A stretch of DNA of 64,000 nucleotides, taken from the IMG/VR virus record IMGVR_UViG_3300027901_000780. One strand, given 5' to 3'. The translations under genes and the position numbers were made by a program. The notes under the pieces were generated by a model. It saw only the letters and a program-made list of their open reading frames with translations, did not search any database and was not told the DNA's origin. Source of the stretch: an uncultured virus (IMG/VR IMGVR_UViG_3300027901_000780) (lineage: Duplodnaviria > Heunggongvirae > Uroviricota > Caudoviricetes). Shown here piece by piece: positions 1 through 10,718 of the stretch. The number at the start of each line of letters is the position of its first letter. Position 1 is the first letter of the stretch.

Positions 1-1432
1 AATTCCATACACCAACCTCACTTGTATCTATTAATATATCTATTACACTACCATTACTCCATTCACTTGTCCAGTTATAACCATTATAAAGTGTCCCATT
101 TTTTTCTACCATATAATTACCAATTCCAAAATCATCATAAATAATCCATTGTATTTTTTTATTAATATCAAATTGTTTGTATGTAGCATTATCTGGTTGA
201 TTTATGTAAGGTTCATAATCTATTGTATAATTACATAATTTATATGTTAAATTAACCCAAAATATAATTGGTGTATGTATATATGTATTCCATGTTGATA
301 AATTTAACATAAATTGAAAATATTGACTTAAATCTTTGCTTATTGTAATATTTTCATAATATTCACTACTCCATGATGTCCAAATAACTTCATCCTCACT
401 TGTTCTATATTGTATAAATGATTCTGTATCTGGATTTATTTCTTCATTAAAATTTAATGTAACATAATTATATTCCATAGCATAACCTAAATCATAACTT
501 GGTGAAATATATGTACCATTTGTATAATATGTATTATACCAATTTCTGTTAATCCAATAACCACTTGACCAATTATAATCAACTGCATCTATCCAACATC
601 TAAAATTTCCATATGTTGAAGAACTTCCAGTACTAATCTTAAGTTTATTTATACAATCTGTATTAATTGCATAATCATATTCTCCAATATATGATAAATT
701 ATGATAAACTCTGAATTTATCTGTATTTGAATTAAATTCTATCTCTAAATAATTCCACATTTCTTCATAAAATGTTGTTGAAATAATATTCCAATTACTT
801 CCATCATAATACTCTAACTCATCATTATCAAAATCTGCCTTTATTGATATAATATAACTACTATCATGTCTTAAATAAATATAAACATCAGCACCACCAG
901 TATTATCATCACCATATATCCAAAGTGATATATTTCCACTTGTTTTACATCCAAATGTATTTTCCATATATGTTCTACAATAATAATAATTATCCCATAT
1001 TTCTACTACTTTATTATGCCCCTCTTTTTCTGAAATAACATTTGTATATGTATTACTATACTCTGAAACAAACCATCCATCTGGATCACTATAATCTGTA
1101 TCTCCTATAAATGAATATTTTCCTATATAATTTCCAGTTAATTCTAATTTAACTTCATTATTACTTACAGTCACATTTTCCTTTTGATAACCTATAACAT
1201 CAAATATATCTTCTAATAAATAATTTGTTTCATTATGCCATACTTTTACTGCACCAGTTAAATAATTATCATCATTAATATTATCATCAATATTAACATT
1301 ATTATTTAATAATAATAATATAGGCATTAATATTAGCATCATTATTAATGGTATAACTATAATTTTTTTATTAAACTTTAATCTATTTACTTTACTTTTT
1401 TGTTTTTCAAACTTTTTTCTTATTTTTTCCAC
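1..1432 (-). CDS. Large secreted/surface beta-rich protein, runs off the window edge (not in ORF track)
   Basis: GTG at 1432 after AGGTGA RBS; translates MEKIRKKFEKQKSKVNRLKFNKKIIVIPLIMMLILMPILLLL (basic + hydrophobic anchor), then GNYIGKYSF..GHNKVVEIWD..WIDAVDYNWSSGYWINRN, homologous to a segment of the 2447-aa protein. Confidence 0.85.
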   Translation of the reverse strand, partial: MEKIRKKFEKQKSKVNRLKFNKKIIVIPLIMMLILMPILLLLNNNVNIDDNINDDNYLTGAVKVWHNETNYLLEDIFDVIGYQKENVTVSNNEVKLELTGNYIGKYSFIGDTDYSDPDGWFVSEYSNTYTNVISEKEGHNKVVEIWDNYYYCRTYMENTFGCKTSGNISLWIYGDDNTGGADVYIYLRHDSSYIISIKADFDNDELEYYDGSNWNIISTTFYEEMWNYLEIEFNSNTDKFRVYHNLSYIGEYDYAINTDCINKLKISTGSSSTYGNFRCWIDAVDYNWSSGYWINRNWYNTYYTNGTYISPSYDLGYAMEYNYVTLNFNEEINPDTESFIQYRTSEDEVIWTSWSSEYYENITISKDLSQYFQFMLNLSTWNTYIHTPIIFWVNLTYKLCNYTIDYEPYINQPDNATYKQFDINKKIQWIIYDDFGIGNYMVEKNGTLYNGYNWTSEWSNGSVIDILIDTSEVGVWN

Positions 1433-1444
1433 TTTTATCACCTA

Positions 1445-1918
1445 TTATTCTAATTTAATTGATTTTATAAAATCATTTACCACACCATCTAATTTATCTT
1501 CAAATGGCATAAACCTCTCTAATGGTTCTGTTATTCCTAATAATACTTCTTTATATGTTTCTACAAATACCTTTGATATAACTTCTGTTAATGCTAATAA
1601 ATATGTTATTATATTATTATTTTTTGATGTTTTACTTATCATTAATGTTGTAACATTAATTGGTGATTCTGGATAATAAAAAGTAAATATTTTATTACCA
1701 AATCTCATTTCTTCACATTTCTCACCTACAACTCCTCTATTAAATACATTAAGAAACCCATCCAACATTGCAGTAATCATTGGATTAGTAACTCCATCCC
1801 CAAAATTAAAGGTATCATCATAATCTTTTGTAAATAATGGAATACCACCTTTTCTTATTATCCATATATTCATTATTTTTACACCTAAAACCTCATTCAT
1901 CCTAATCATTATAATCAC
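1445..1918 (-). CDS. Longin/roadblock-like protein
   Basis: NIWIIRKGGIPLFTKDY beta hairpin, helix, beta strands, C-terminal helices ending FMPFEDKLDGVV; pattern typical of longin-fold proteins. Confidence 0.6.
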   Translation of the reverse strand: MIIMIRMNEVLGVKIMNIWIIRKGGIPLFTKDYDDTFNFGDGVTNPMITAMLDGFLNVFNRGVVGEKCEEMRFGNKIFTFYYPESPINVTTLMISKTSKNNNIITYLLALTEVISKVFVETYKEVLLGITEPLERFMPFEDKLDGVVNDFIKSIKLE

Positions 1919-1924
1919 TTCCCT

Positions 1925-2362
1925 CTATTCAAGTTTTATTCCTTTTTCTTCTAATTTATCTTCTACTGAACCCCAAAATCCCCTTCTTTTATCTGGTTTT
2001 ACTACTACTTCACATTCTCCATCCTTACATTTATTTTCATTATTTATATTATTTTCTTTTTTCATAAATTCTTCTATTTTTTTCTGTTTTACTTTTTCTT
2101 TTGTTGGTTCTTCTCTTGGCATTTTCAATATTGATAACATACAACTTTCATAATTTTTTCTTGCTCTTTCTAATTCCTTATTATATGCTTTTATTGCTTT
2201 TTCATGTTGTTGCATCATTTTTTTGAATTTTTTATCATGTGTTTGAAAATACATATCTTTATCTTTTTCATATTCTAACTGTTGTTGAATTTTCAACTTA
2301 GTTAATCTATCTATTTCTGTTTTAGCATTACCACAAAATCTTTCTACTATTTCTTCTGTCAT
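1925..2362 (-). CDS. Coiled-coil hairpin protein with paired Cys
   Basis: ORF with GGAGA RBS; FCGNAK...YESCML helical hairpin. Confidence 0.8.
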   Translation of the reverse strand: MTEEIVERFCGNAKTEIDRLTKLKIQQQLEYEKDKDMYFQTHDKKFKKMMQQHEKAIKAYNKELERARKNYESCMLSILKMPREEPTKEKVKQKKIEEFMKKENNINNENKCKDGECEVVVKPDKRRGFWGSVEDKLEEKGIKLE

Positions 2363-2377
2363 TTATATCTCTCCTTC

Positions 2378-2845
2378 TTATTTTAATACTGAATATAATA
2401 TCATAAATCCCAATATTAAAAACATTATTATTATATACATTAATCCTATGAATACATCTGCTAATGCAAGTATATCAAATGATTGTATTCCTAAATAAAC
2501 AGTTAATATCATTCTCAATAAATTCAATCCAAATACTGCTATATTTCCTATTATAACATATTTCCATCCATGCTTTATTAATGCTAATAATGTAAATATA
2601 ACCATAAACCATACAAATGTACATTCCCATGCTATAATTATATCCCCACTTACCGTTGTTATTCCATAAAATCCACTACTTGTTTGAAATACCTCTACAT
2701 TAAATATTAATCCTAATATATTAGCATATATTTGTGAAAATAATAATGCACCCCATGATAATAGTATTACTATTGTTATTATTATTATTATCCAAAACCA
2801 AAAACTTCTTGCATGTTTTGAATATTCTAAACCATCTTCTCCCAT
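2378..2845 (-). CDS. Exosortase/archaeosortase-family membrane protein
   Basis: Multiple TM segments, IIIAWECT (catalytic Cys) and NLLRM (Arg) motifs; probable start MGEDG at 2845. Confidence 0.75.
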   Translation of the reverse strand: MGEDGLEYSKHARSFWFWIIIIITIVILLSWGALLFSQIYANILGLIFNVEVFQTSSGFYGITTVSGDIIIAWECTFVWFMVIFTLLALIKHGWKYVIIGNIAVFGLNLLRMILTVYLGIQSFDILALADVFIGLMYIIIMFLILGFMILYSVLK

Positions 2846-2859
2846 TTTTTTATTCCCCT

Positions 2860-3717
2860 TTATTTCCCAACATAACACTTCATAGGTAATTGTTCCTTAA
2901 ATATTGGTATATATTTTTTTCCTGTTATCTTTGGTATTAACTCTATTTCTGTTATAATTATTGGTATTTTATTTTCATTCATTCTAATTTCTGCTTCTTC
3001 TTCTCCTAAATATGGATGAGTATTTAATAATATTGTATCTCTCCAATTTACATCTTTTTTGCTCACTAATCCTGTTATTAATATACTCTTTGTTTCCTTA
3101 CCAAAATCTTTTCTCCAATGTGCTTCTACCCTATTTTTATCCCAACTCCAATATTTTCCTATTTCCTCACAATTTAAATCATTAAAATCTTTTATTGTTA
3201 TCATTCTATATACTATAAATATATCATTAAAATCTTCAAATACATCCATTATATCTTCATATGTACCAATAATATCTTCTTTTAAATTTTCTTCTACCTT
3301 TTTCTTCAATTCTTTTTCTTCTTCTTCAGTTATTTCTCTTCCTAATTTTTTCTCTAAATTTGGTTTATATATATATTCTACTCTATCATCTATTTGTTCC
3401 TCAATATAATCACTATTCCACCCTTCCCAATCTTCATAAAAATCATCATAAGATTTAAATGCTTGATTTATTAATCTATTAATCTTTGCCTTTTGTTCCC
3501 ATTCTAACTTTGACCACTCCCATTTTTCTATTCCATCCTTTATTACTTTTACCTTACTTAAACATATATTTCCTATACAACAATCTTTAATGGCATTATC
3601 TAAATCATTTTCCTTAATATTTCCATCCATAATTTCTTTTATGGAATACCCATTTTGAATTAAACTATTTTTTATACAATTATTCATTAATTTTTCTAAT
3701 AAAGACATTTCAATCAT
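2860..3717 (-). CDS. C-x8-GY-x21-C domain fused to putative ADP-ribosyltransferase-like domain
   Basis: IVYRMI...GKYWSWD...EEEAEI resembles the R-S-E triad; N-terminal CIKNSLIQNGYS..IKDC module. Confidence 0.55.
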   Translation of the reverse strand: MIEMSLLEKLMNNCIKNSLIQNGYSIKEIMDGNIKENDLDNAIKDCCIGNICLSKVKVIKDGIEKWEWSKLEWEQKAKINRLINQAFKSYDDFYEDWEGWNSDYIEEQIDDRVEYIYKPNLEKKLGREITEEEEKELKKKVEENLKEDIIGTYEDIMDVFEDFNDIFIVYRMITIKDFNDLNCEEIGKYWSWDKNRVEAHWRKDFGKETKSILITGLVSKKDVNWRDTILLNTHPYLGEEEAEIRMNENKIPIIITEIELIPKITGKKYIPIFKEQLPMKCYVGK

Positions 3718-3747
3718 TTTTATTTCTTTATTTTAATTTCTTCAATT

Positions 3748-4287
3748 TTATCCCCATAATCTTCTCTTTTTTATTTTTCTTTTCATTCTAATAGTTATAT
3801 CACTATTACTATTATTTCTTATTTCTGATATTATTGATATTACATTCTTCTTATCTCCAAATAAAACATCATATAATCCTTTTGACTTAGTTAATTTATC
3901 ATCACAAATTCTTACTACTTTCATAAATTCTTCTTGATTTACCATATCACTCTCTATGTCATCTATTTTATAACCTAATCTAAATAAATATAATTTTGCT
4001 ACTGCCACAACAATATCATGCCTTAATTCATCAATTATTCTTTGATTAATAACCTTAATTTCATCATCCTTTAAGTTAAAAATATTTTTTATTCTATCTA
4101 ATTTATCTTTATCAACAATCAATATCTTTGTTCTTTCATTATTATCTTTAAACTCTATAAAATCTTCATTTACATTCTTACTTAGTTTATCTATGTTATT
4201 TGTATTTTCAAGAACCTTTAAAATCTCATCATCTGATTCAATTTCTAAAAATTCTGCTAAATCTTCATCTTCATCTTCAATTACCAT
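3748..4287 (-). CDS. Hypothetical protein with degenerate GY-x21-C module
   Basis: LFRLGYKIDDIESDMVNQEEFMKVVRIC. Confidence 0.8.
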   Translation of the reverse strand: MVIEDEDEDLAEFLEIESDDEILKVLENTNNIDKLSKNVNEDFIEFKDNNERTKILIVDKDKLDRIKNIFNLKDDEIKVINQRIIDELRHDIVVAVAKLYLFRLGYKIDDIESDMVNQEEFMKVVRICDDKLTKSKGLYDVLFGDKKNVISIISEIRNNSNSDITIRMKRKIKKRRLWG

Positions 4288-4290
4288 CTT

Positions 4291-5007
4291 TTATCCACCA
4301 CTTAATAATAAAATATTTTTTATATATTTCTTATTTGATTCTATTACTGATTTTTTACTAATATTTAAAGTTTTCATTATATCTTTATAATATTCTTCAC
4401 CTAATACATTTGCTATTATTCCACTTGCTATTCCTTTCTTACTTTTTCCACGAATTACTATCCTTGTCTTTGGTTCTATCTTTTGATATTTATTTACTAA
4501 TTTATTAATTTTCTTTACATCACTTTTCTTTATATCATGTTCCAATATGAATTTAGTTATCATTTCTTCTAATGAAAGTTTTTCTGGATGAAATTTCTCC
4601 CATATCAATTTTTCATATTCGTTTAACTCTTGTTCAAATATTTCTTTCTTCCTAAATGCAGATAATAATACTTCATATCTATATTCATCCCTATATCTTA
4701 CAGCATCTTCCTTTAATTTCTCTAATATAGGTGTAACCCATAAATTTCCTATAATTATCTTATCAAATGGTATATTTTCATATAAAATATCATTTATTAT
4801 CGGCATTAACCTATTTAAACAAATATGTTGAGCAATATCAACTAACTCCTTTTCATCCATTATAATTTCTTTACCTTTTTTGGTAAATCTATCAATAAAT
4901 GTTGTAATACAAGTATCATTCATATTCTCAATATATTCTACTTCTTCCTTTCTACCAACTCCTATTAATCTTTCCTTTAATGTCTTTTCTTCTGACAATA
5001 GTAACAC
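4291..5007 (-). CDS. Hypothetical protein
   Basis: Long ORF in operon-like run; paired Cys TCITT..HICLNRL. Confidence 0.8.
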   Translation of the reverse strand: MLLLSEEKTLKERLIGVGRKEEVEYIENMNDTCITTFIDRFTKKGKEIIMDEKELVDIAQHICLNRLMPIINDILYENIPFDKIIIGNLWVTPILEKLKEDAVRYRDEYRYEVLLSAFRKKEIFEQELNEYEKLIWEKFHPEKLSLEEMITKFILEHDIKKSDVKKINKLVNKYQKIEPKTRIVIRGKSKKGIASGIIANVLGEEYYKDIMKTLNISKKSVIESNKKYIKNILLLSGG

Positions 5008-5076
5008 ACCTATAATAATATATTGATTGATTACTATTATTAATAATAAAAAATTAATATTTTTACTACTTTATTA

Positions 5077-5682
5077 TTATTCTTCTTCTTCTCCCGTTAT
5101 TATCTTTTCTATTTCAGTTGGTTCTTCTACCCTTCTTCTTGCTCTTTCAGTTACAATTTGACTTATTGTTTCTGGTGGTAATCCAAGTTTTCTATCTGTA
5201 CAACTGTCAGCAACATTAATTATTTCATCAATTCCTACTAATCCATTGAGTATATCTTCTGCTGTATATCCTGCCTCTTGTAATGTATCAAGAATACAAC
5301 TTAAATTTCTATTAACATAATCATCCATCTTATTATGTAATTCATCTTTAATCTTTCCTTTTGCTCTCCATCTAAAGAAACCACCCCTTCTTATAGCATA
5401 ATAAAATGTTTCTCCTGCCCTTCCTACTCTACTAAATGCTGACATTATTTTACCAATTACCTTTTTCGTTGTCTTTGGTTCTTCTGTTTGTGGTAATTCT
5501 GGTTTAAATTTCTGTGGCTTTAATGCACCAAATTCTGGATTTCCATCTTCTACTGTATATATAGTATCTCCTTCAATGACTATTTCTCCTTTTTCAATTC
5601 CATCCATTAAATCTTTTACTGCTATTCCATCCATTTCTGTTCCATCTTCATATTCATACTTACATTTATTTTTTTCACTCAT
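5077..5682 (-). CDS. Hypothetical protein with C-x8-GY-x21-C module
   Basis: SCILDTLQEAGYTAEDILNG..VADSC; AGGTGA RBS. Confidence 0.85.
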   Translation of the reverse strand: MSEKNKCKYEYEDGTEMDGIAVKDLMDGIEKGEIVIEGDTIYTVEDGNPEFGALKPQKFKPELPQTEEPKTTKKVIGKIMSAFSRVGRAGETFYYAIRRGGFFRWRAKGKIKDELHNKMDDYVNRNLSCILDTLQEAGYTAEDILNGLVGIDEIINVADSCTDRKLGLPPETISQIVTERARRRVEEPTEIEKIITGEEEE

Positions 5683-5691
5683 TTACATCAC

Positions 5692-6105
5692 CTATTTTAT
5701 TTTCTTTAAATAAATTAAATTATTTTTTAAATTCCTTCTTCTTCTTTCATATGATTCTAATTCTTCTTTTGTTAATAATCTTTTTCCTAATGGTGGATGA
5801 AAAGACCAATATAATTGTGCTTTTTTCCTTTGTTCTTCTATTTCCTCTGATGTTAATAATGTAAATTTATGGAAAAATTTACCTAATTCTATACATTTTT
5901 TTCCTGCTAATTTTATTTCTTCATTTGTAAAAATAGTTTCATCCTTTATTACTTTTGAAATTAATGTTGTTACTTCTAATCCCCTCATTTCACTTAATCT
6001 CTTTAATAAACATAAAAATAATGGTATTTTATCATCTTGTTTTGATATTTCTAATATTTCTTTAAACTTTTCTTTAAAAAAACTCATATTATTACTTCCT
6101 TTCAC
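5692..6105 (-). CDS. Paralog of the isolated basic protein at 39349-39696
   Basis: FKEKFKEIL..IPLFLCLLKRL..EIKLAGKKCIELGKF aligns with FKGKFKGLL..VPQFMCLIRNL..EISDAGKACIDAGKF. Confidence 0.85.
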   Translation of the reverse strand: MKGSNNMSFFKEKFKEILEISKQDDKIPLFLCLLKRLSEMRGLEVTTLISKVIKDETIFTNEEIKLAGKKCIELGKFFHKFTLLTSEEIEEQRKKAQLYWSFHPPLGKRLLTKEELESYERRRRNLKNNLIYLKKIK

Positions 6106-6634
6106 ATATTAATATTTCTTTATTTGCCATATTCCATAACTTCATAAATTTATTTATATTTATTTTTCTATTTTTTCCTTTTTTTAATTGTGGCGATGGA
6201 TCATGATATATTATCTCCTTTATATTTCCTTCCTCATCCATTTCATAACCAGTTGGTACTATTGAATGACGACCATTTTTATTTATTTTCTTCCATTGCC
6301 ACCTTACTACTACTGAATCATCATTATCTATCATATCAATTAATTCATCTATTGAAAATAATTTCTTATTTTCACAATAAACATTCATATTTAATTTTAA
6401 CTTAACACCTAATAACTTATTTAAACAAACATCTATCCCTTCTAAACCTATTGCATCTGGATGTTCTTTCACTCCTAATATTATTGCACATTCTTTTATT
6501 AATTCATCTTGTGTTATCCTTCTATCTATTATACCTTTTTCTTTTAAATGTGCTGTTATCATCTCAATACCTGCTTCTGTACAGGTATTCTTTTTTGTTT
6601 CTTTAAAAAATGGTACTTCATTTAATATCCTCAT
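6092..6634 (-). CDS. C39-like cysteine peptidase
   Basis: VPFFKE..TCTEAGIEMI, GRHSIVPTGY, IIYHDP: Cys-His-Asp arrangement of C39-like peptidases. Confidence 0.8.
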   Translation of the reverse strand: MRILNEVPFFKETKKNTCTEAGIEMITAHLKEKGIIDRRITQDELIKECAIILGVKEHPDAIGLEGIDVCLNKLLGVKLKLNMNVYCENKKLFSIDELIDMIDNDDSVVVRWQWKKINKNGRHSIVPTGYEMDEEGNIKEIIYHDPSPQLKKGKNRKININKFMKLWNMANKEILICERK

Positions 6635-9405
6635 TATTTTCCACTACTATTCCCTTTCATTTTATAATATTTTTGTACTATTCCAACAAATTCTTCATAC
6701 CCATCAGTTATCATTAATTCTCCATCAGTTATTGGTCTAAATGGTGATATTAATTCTGGTTTTCTATATATTACTACATCATTTCCAATAAAATCAATTT
6801 TATAATAATTTCCTGATTCTATTATATTCTCTATTATTAATTTAAACCTTTCATTATCTACTCCTTTTTTATCAAGTTTTAATTCTCTTAACATCTTTCC
6901 TATATGAAATGTAATCTTATTTGTTAATACCTTTATTGCAAAATCTTCAGCCTTTGATCTCTTAAACTTTTCAAATTCTTCTAATGATATATTAAAGTTT
7001 TCAACTTTCTTATCTAAATTATTTATAATTTCTTCTAACTTATTAATTCCAATAGTATATCTTCTTTTTGTTTTTAATGTTCTTGCCTTTTTCTTTTTAT
7101 AATTTAATTCATCCAATTCTCTATTTAATACAATTAATTGATTTTTTAATTTATTTAATATTTTTTTCTCATATTCCTCAATTTCTTCTACATCTTCTTT
7201 ATTTATTATTGCATATGTAAATCCTTCTTCTACATTATATTCTATTGGTGCTTTAAACATATTTATTACTTTAAAATGAAAATCAGTTGAAAATTCCCTT
7301 ATCTTTTTCCTTGTTAATTTAAATGGATATACTAACTCTAATTCATCTTTTGACATTTGTGTATATTTTGCTGGTACTTCATATAATCTACCAGTCCTTA
7401 TACCCTTTCTTATATATTTTATATTAACTGTTAAATCATTTATCTTCTCTCTTAATCCTAATAAAAACAAATCATAATCAAATATCCCTTTTAATTCACC
7501 TATTTCCAAATTTAATAATATTAAATTCTCCTTTTCATTTAAATCTTCTATTAAAATATCTCCAGAAATAATTTTATTTCTTAATTCTTTTAATTTATTT
7601 AATCTTTCATTTCTTATTGTTACTAATCTTTTGAATCCTTCAATCCTTTTATGTAATGGTCTTACTTTTAACTTACCCTTTAATTCTGATAATAATTTCT
7701 TTGTTTCAAATGGTAATGTTAATTCAACACCTAATTCTTCTTCTCTTACTTTCCTTCCAGTTACTACTATTTCTTTTACTTTCCATCCTTTTGGTATATC
7801 ATCTTCAAATCCTATAACCTTTTTAACTTTATAAAACTCTGGTTCTTCTGGTGTTGTTGCCACCATTTTCTCTCCAATATATTTATAAATTGTTCCAGTT
7901 GGAATATTATATGCTTCCTCTTCTTTAAATATTCCCAACATTTCTTCTTTCTCTATATCAATATTTTCTTGTTTTAAAAAATTTCTCCATTTTCCAATAA
8001 ATCTTATAAATCTTACTATTGCTTTATTATTTCTTTTTATCTGACCTTCAACTTGTTTTCTTCTTTCTAAATTAATAGTACTTTTTAATTGGAAATCTAA
8101 TTGTTCATTAATTTCTGTTAATAGACTTATTTCCTTTCTTATTTTGTCATATGAGAACTCTAATTTCTCCCCTGTTATTGGGCTTTTTAATCCACCTACT
8201 TTCATTGTTGAAATAAATTCTAAATTTACTGGCTTTTCTAATTCATAATCTATATCATCTTTTACCTTTTTAAAATTATCTATAAAATCCTCTTTTGTTT
8301 TATAATCATATTTTATTGGTACTAATATAACATATCCTTCTAATAATTCTGTATATTCCTTTACACTCTCTACTGGCATTAATAACTTATTTCTTTCTGC
8401 TGTTGCCCTCTCATTTCCAGATAATTTAAACTTTTTTGCAAATTTTGTTCCTTTAGGTTTCATAATAACTGCTTCTTTTTGTATTACTTCTTTTATTGGA
8501 AAAACATCATCACCAATAATACTCTCTCCTTCAATTATTTGTTTTGTCATTGTTATTTTTGGTTTTGCTATAAAACATTTATCTTCATAACATAAATAAA
8601 TATCATCTAAAACACATGATTTCATTGCTAATTGTAAATCACTCTGTAATTTTAAATCATTTTTATTAACCAATTTTATTATATTAATTAATTCACCATA
8701 TCTATCTTTATTAATACTTCTTAATGTATCTAATAAACAAAATAGATGTCCAACATTAATATCCTTTGTTACCCCACCACCCCATATCTTTTTTCTTCCT
8801 ATTCCACCCTTTTCCCAATCTGTTTTATTTCTTACTTCCTTTAATTTTGAATACCAATTTCTTAATGTTTGCTCAAAAACAACTTTATCTTCTTCACTTA
8901 ATTTTTCAGTTTGTGTAATTATTTCTTTTTGAGTTAATTTATCTTTTAATTGTTCTATTACTATACCAATAGGCTGATTTCTCCCAACCTTTATTCTATC
9001 TTCTGCACCTAATGAAACTGTTTTATTTATTTTTTCTAATTTATTTTCTAAATCAACTATTTCTAAATTAGTTTGATTAATCATTTCTTCTATCTTATTT
9101 AATTGATTTATTGTTAAATCTTTATTATATGATAATTTATATAATCTTTCTTCATTATCTTTTAATTTATTTAATCTTTTTTCAATTAAATTACCTTTTT
9201 TTAATAATATTTCATTTTCTTTATTTATTATATCTTTTCCTTCATGTAACTTTTGTTCTAATTCTTCTAATTGTTCCTCTATCTTCTCTAACTCCTTCAT
9301 TGAAATTTTCTTCTTTGAAATAAATGTTATTTTGCCTAAACCAGAAATTTCTTCTATTTCATCCAAATCTCTCAATGTTCTTTCTTTAGGTTTATTATTA
9401 GACAA
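6634..9405 (-). CDS. Large coiled-coil-rich hypothetical protein
   Basis: 923-aa ORF, several heptad stretches, paired-Cys module FCLLDTL..AMKSC. Confidence 0.85.
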   Translation of the reverse strand: MSNNKPKERTLRDLDEIEEISGLGKITFISKKKISMKELEKIEEQLEELEQKLHEGKDIINKENEILLKKGNLIEKRLNKLKDNEERLYKLSYNKDLTINQLNKIEEMINQTNLEIVDLENKLEKINKTVSLGAEDRIKVGRNQPIGIVIEQLKDKLTQKEIITQTEKLSEEDKVVFEQTLRNWYSKLKEVRNKTDWEKGGIGRKKIWGGGVTKDINVGHLFCLLDTLRSINKDRYGELINIIKLVNKNDLKLQSDLQLAMKSCVLDDIYLCYEDKCFIAKPKITMTKQIIEGESIIGDDVFPIKEVIQKEAVIMKPKGTKFAKKFKLSGNERATAERNKLLMPVESVKEYTELLEGYVILVPIKYDYKTKEDFIDNFKKVKDDIDYELEKPVNLEFISTMKVGGLKSPITGEKLEFSYDKIRKEISLLTEINEQLDFQLKSTINLERRKQVEGQIKRNNKAIVRFIRFIGKWRNFLKQENIDIEKEEMLGIFKEEEAYNIPTGTIYKYIGEKMVATTPEEPEFYKVKKVIGFEDDIPKGWKVKEIVVTGRKVREEELGVELTLPFETKKLLSELKGKLKVRPLHKRIEGFKRLVTIRNERLNKLKELRNKIISGDILIEDLNEKENLILLNLEIGELKGIFDYDLFLLGLREKINDLTVNIKYIRKGIRTGRLYEVPAKYTQMSKDELELVYPFKLTRKKIREFSTDFHFKVINMFKAPIEYNVEEGFTYAIINKEDVEEIEEYEKKILNKLKNQLIVLNRELDELNYKKKKARTLKTKRRYTIGINKLEEIINNLDKKVENFNISLEEFEKFKRSKAEDFAIKVLTNKITFHIGKMLRELKLDKKGVDNERFKLIIENIIESGNYYKIDFIGNDVVIYRKPELISPFRPITDGELMITDGYEEFVGIVQKYYKMKGNSSGK

Positions 9406-9423
9406 AATAACAACTCCATATAA

Positions 9424-9858
9424 TTATAACTTACTTACAATTTTCTTACAAGCATTACTAAAATTTTTATCTTCTACTAATTGTACTAACATCATTTGTG
9501 AAGCATCACAATTACTACACATATCAGTAGTTTTATTCTTTAATGATTTTAATTTAACTTCTTTATTATATTTTATTCCATTATCCATTAAATTATCTAC
9601 AATCTTAGTAATATCTGTTATAAGTTTCTCTGCATCTCCACCATCATTTAATGATTTATTTATTTTAATTAAATCCTTTTTTGAATCTTTTACATTATTT
9701 TTAAACTTTTTATGTGTTTCATCCTCTAATATAATTTCACATTGTTTCACAAGAGTAATAACAGTAGATGAAACCTCTTCCTTTATTTGTTTTTGATAAA
9801 TTTCTTGTGCCTTCTTTAATAATTCTTCTTCTTTTTTTACTCTTTCTTTTCTTAACAT
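9424..9858 (-). CDS. Helical-bundle hypothetical protein, Cys-containing
   Basis: ORF in operon; ends NACKKIVSKL. Confidence 0.8.
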   Translation of the reverse strand: MLRKERVKKEEELLKKAQEIYQKQIKEEVSSTVITLVKQCEIILEDETHKKFKNNVKDSKKDLIKINKSLNDGGDAEKLITDITKIVDNLMDNGIKYNKEVKLKSLKNKTTDMCSNCDASQMMLVQLVEDKNFSNACKKIVSKL

Positions 9859-9863
9859 TTAAT

Positions 9864-10718
9864 TCACCATACCTCAAATGGTTTTATCATCCAATGTTTT
9901 AATTGACTTGGTTTCTCCTTTAATGGTCTTTTTGCTAATGCACCCAACTCTTCAACAGTAAATCCCATCTTATATGCTAAATACATTGCCTCTTTATTCT
10001 CTTTAGGTATTCTAAATGGAAATACTTTTTGTTGTTTTTCACTTAACTCACAAATATCATTTAATACTTCAACCATAAATTTAATGTCATCTCCTTCCTC
10101 TGGTAATGGTAATAACTCTTTAAACCGTAAAAAGAAAATTCTACTTATTAAATTTTTCTGTTCTTTATCACAAATTAATTTATCTAATATTATATTTGCT
10201 GTTTTCATATATGGTGTTCTCTCTATTTCATCTATAACATCCTTAAATACCCTAATTGAATATCTTTCTGGATATTTCTCCAAAAATTCTGCCTTTTTTG
10301 TAATTTCTTCCTCTACCTTTATCCTCTTTTTCCTTACTTTTCCACCTTCAATTATCTTAATAAACCTTTCTTTTTCAATAGATATTTTTTCTTTTTCAAG
10401 TAACATCTTTAATTGTTGTATAGTTATCTTTCCTTCACATACTTGACTTGCTATTCCTAAATATATTTTTCCCTTTTTTGTTTCTTCTATTTTCTTTATC
10501 CAATCAATATCACCAGTTTCTCTTGCCTTCTTTATTAAATTACCATAACCTAATAACTCTAATACCAATATTTCACAATTTAAAAATGTTCTTAATTTCT
10601 CCTTTTCTTCTTCTCTATATTGTATTACTGGATTGTCTATACCTCCAATTGGATAATTCATTGGTAGTTTCCTCATTCTTCCTATAATCTTTTCTTCATT
10701 CTCTGACAATGTAATCAC
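9864..10718 (-). CDS. Hypothetical protein
   Basis: ORF; NCEILVLELLGY..QVC variant of the GY module. Confidence 0.8.
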   Translation of the reverse strand: MITLSENEEKIIGRMRKLPMNYPIGGIDNPVIQYREEEKEKLRTFLNCEILVLELLGYGNLIKKARETGDIDWIKKIEETKKGKIYLGIASQVCEGKITIQQLKMLLEKEKISIEKERFIKIIEGGKVRKKRIKVEEEITKKAEFLEKYPERYSIRVFKDVIDEIERTPYMKTANIILDKLICDKEQKNLISRIFFLRFKELLPLPEEGDDIKFMVEVLNDICELSEKQQKVFPFRIPKENKEAMYLAYKMGFTVEELGALAKRPLKEKPSQLKHWMIKPFEVW

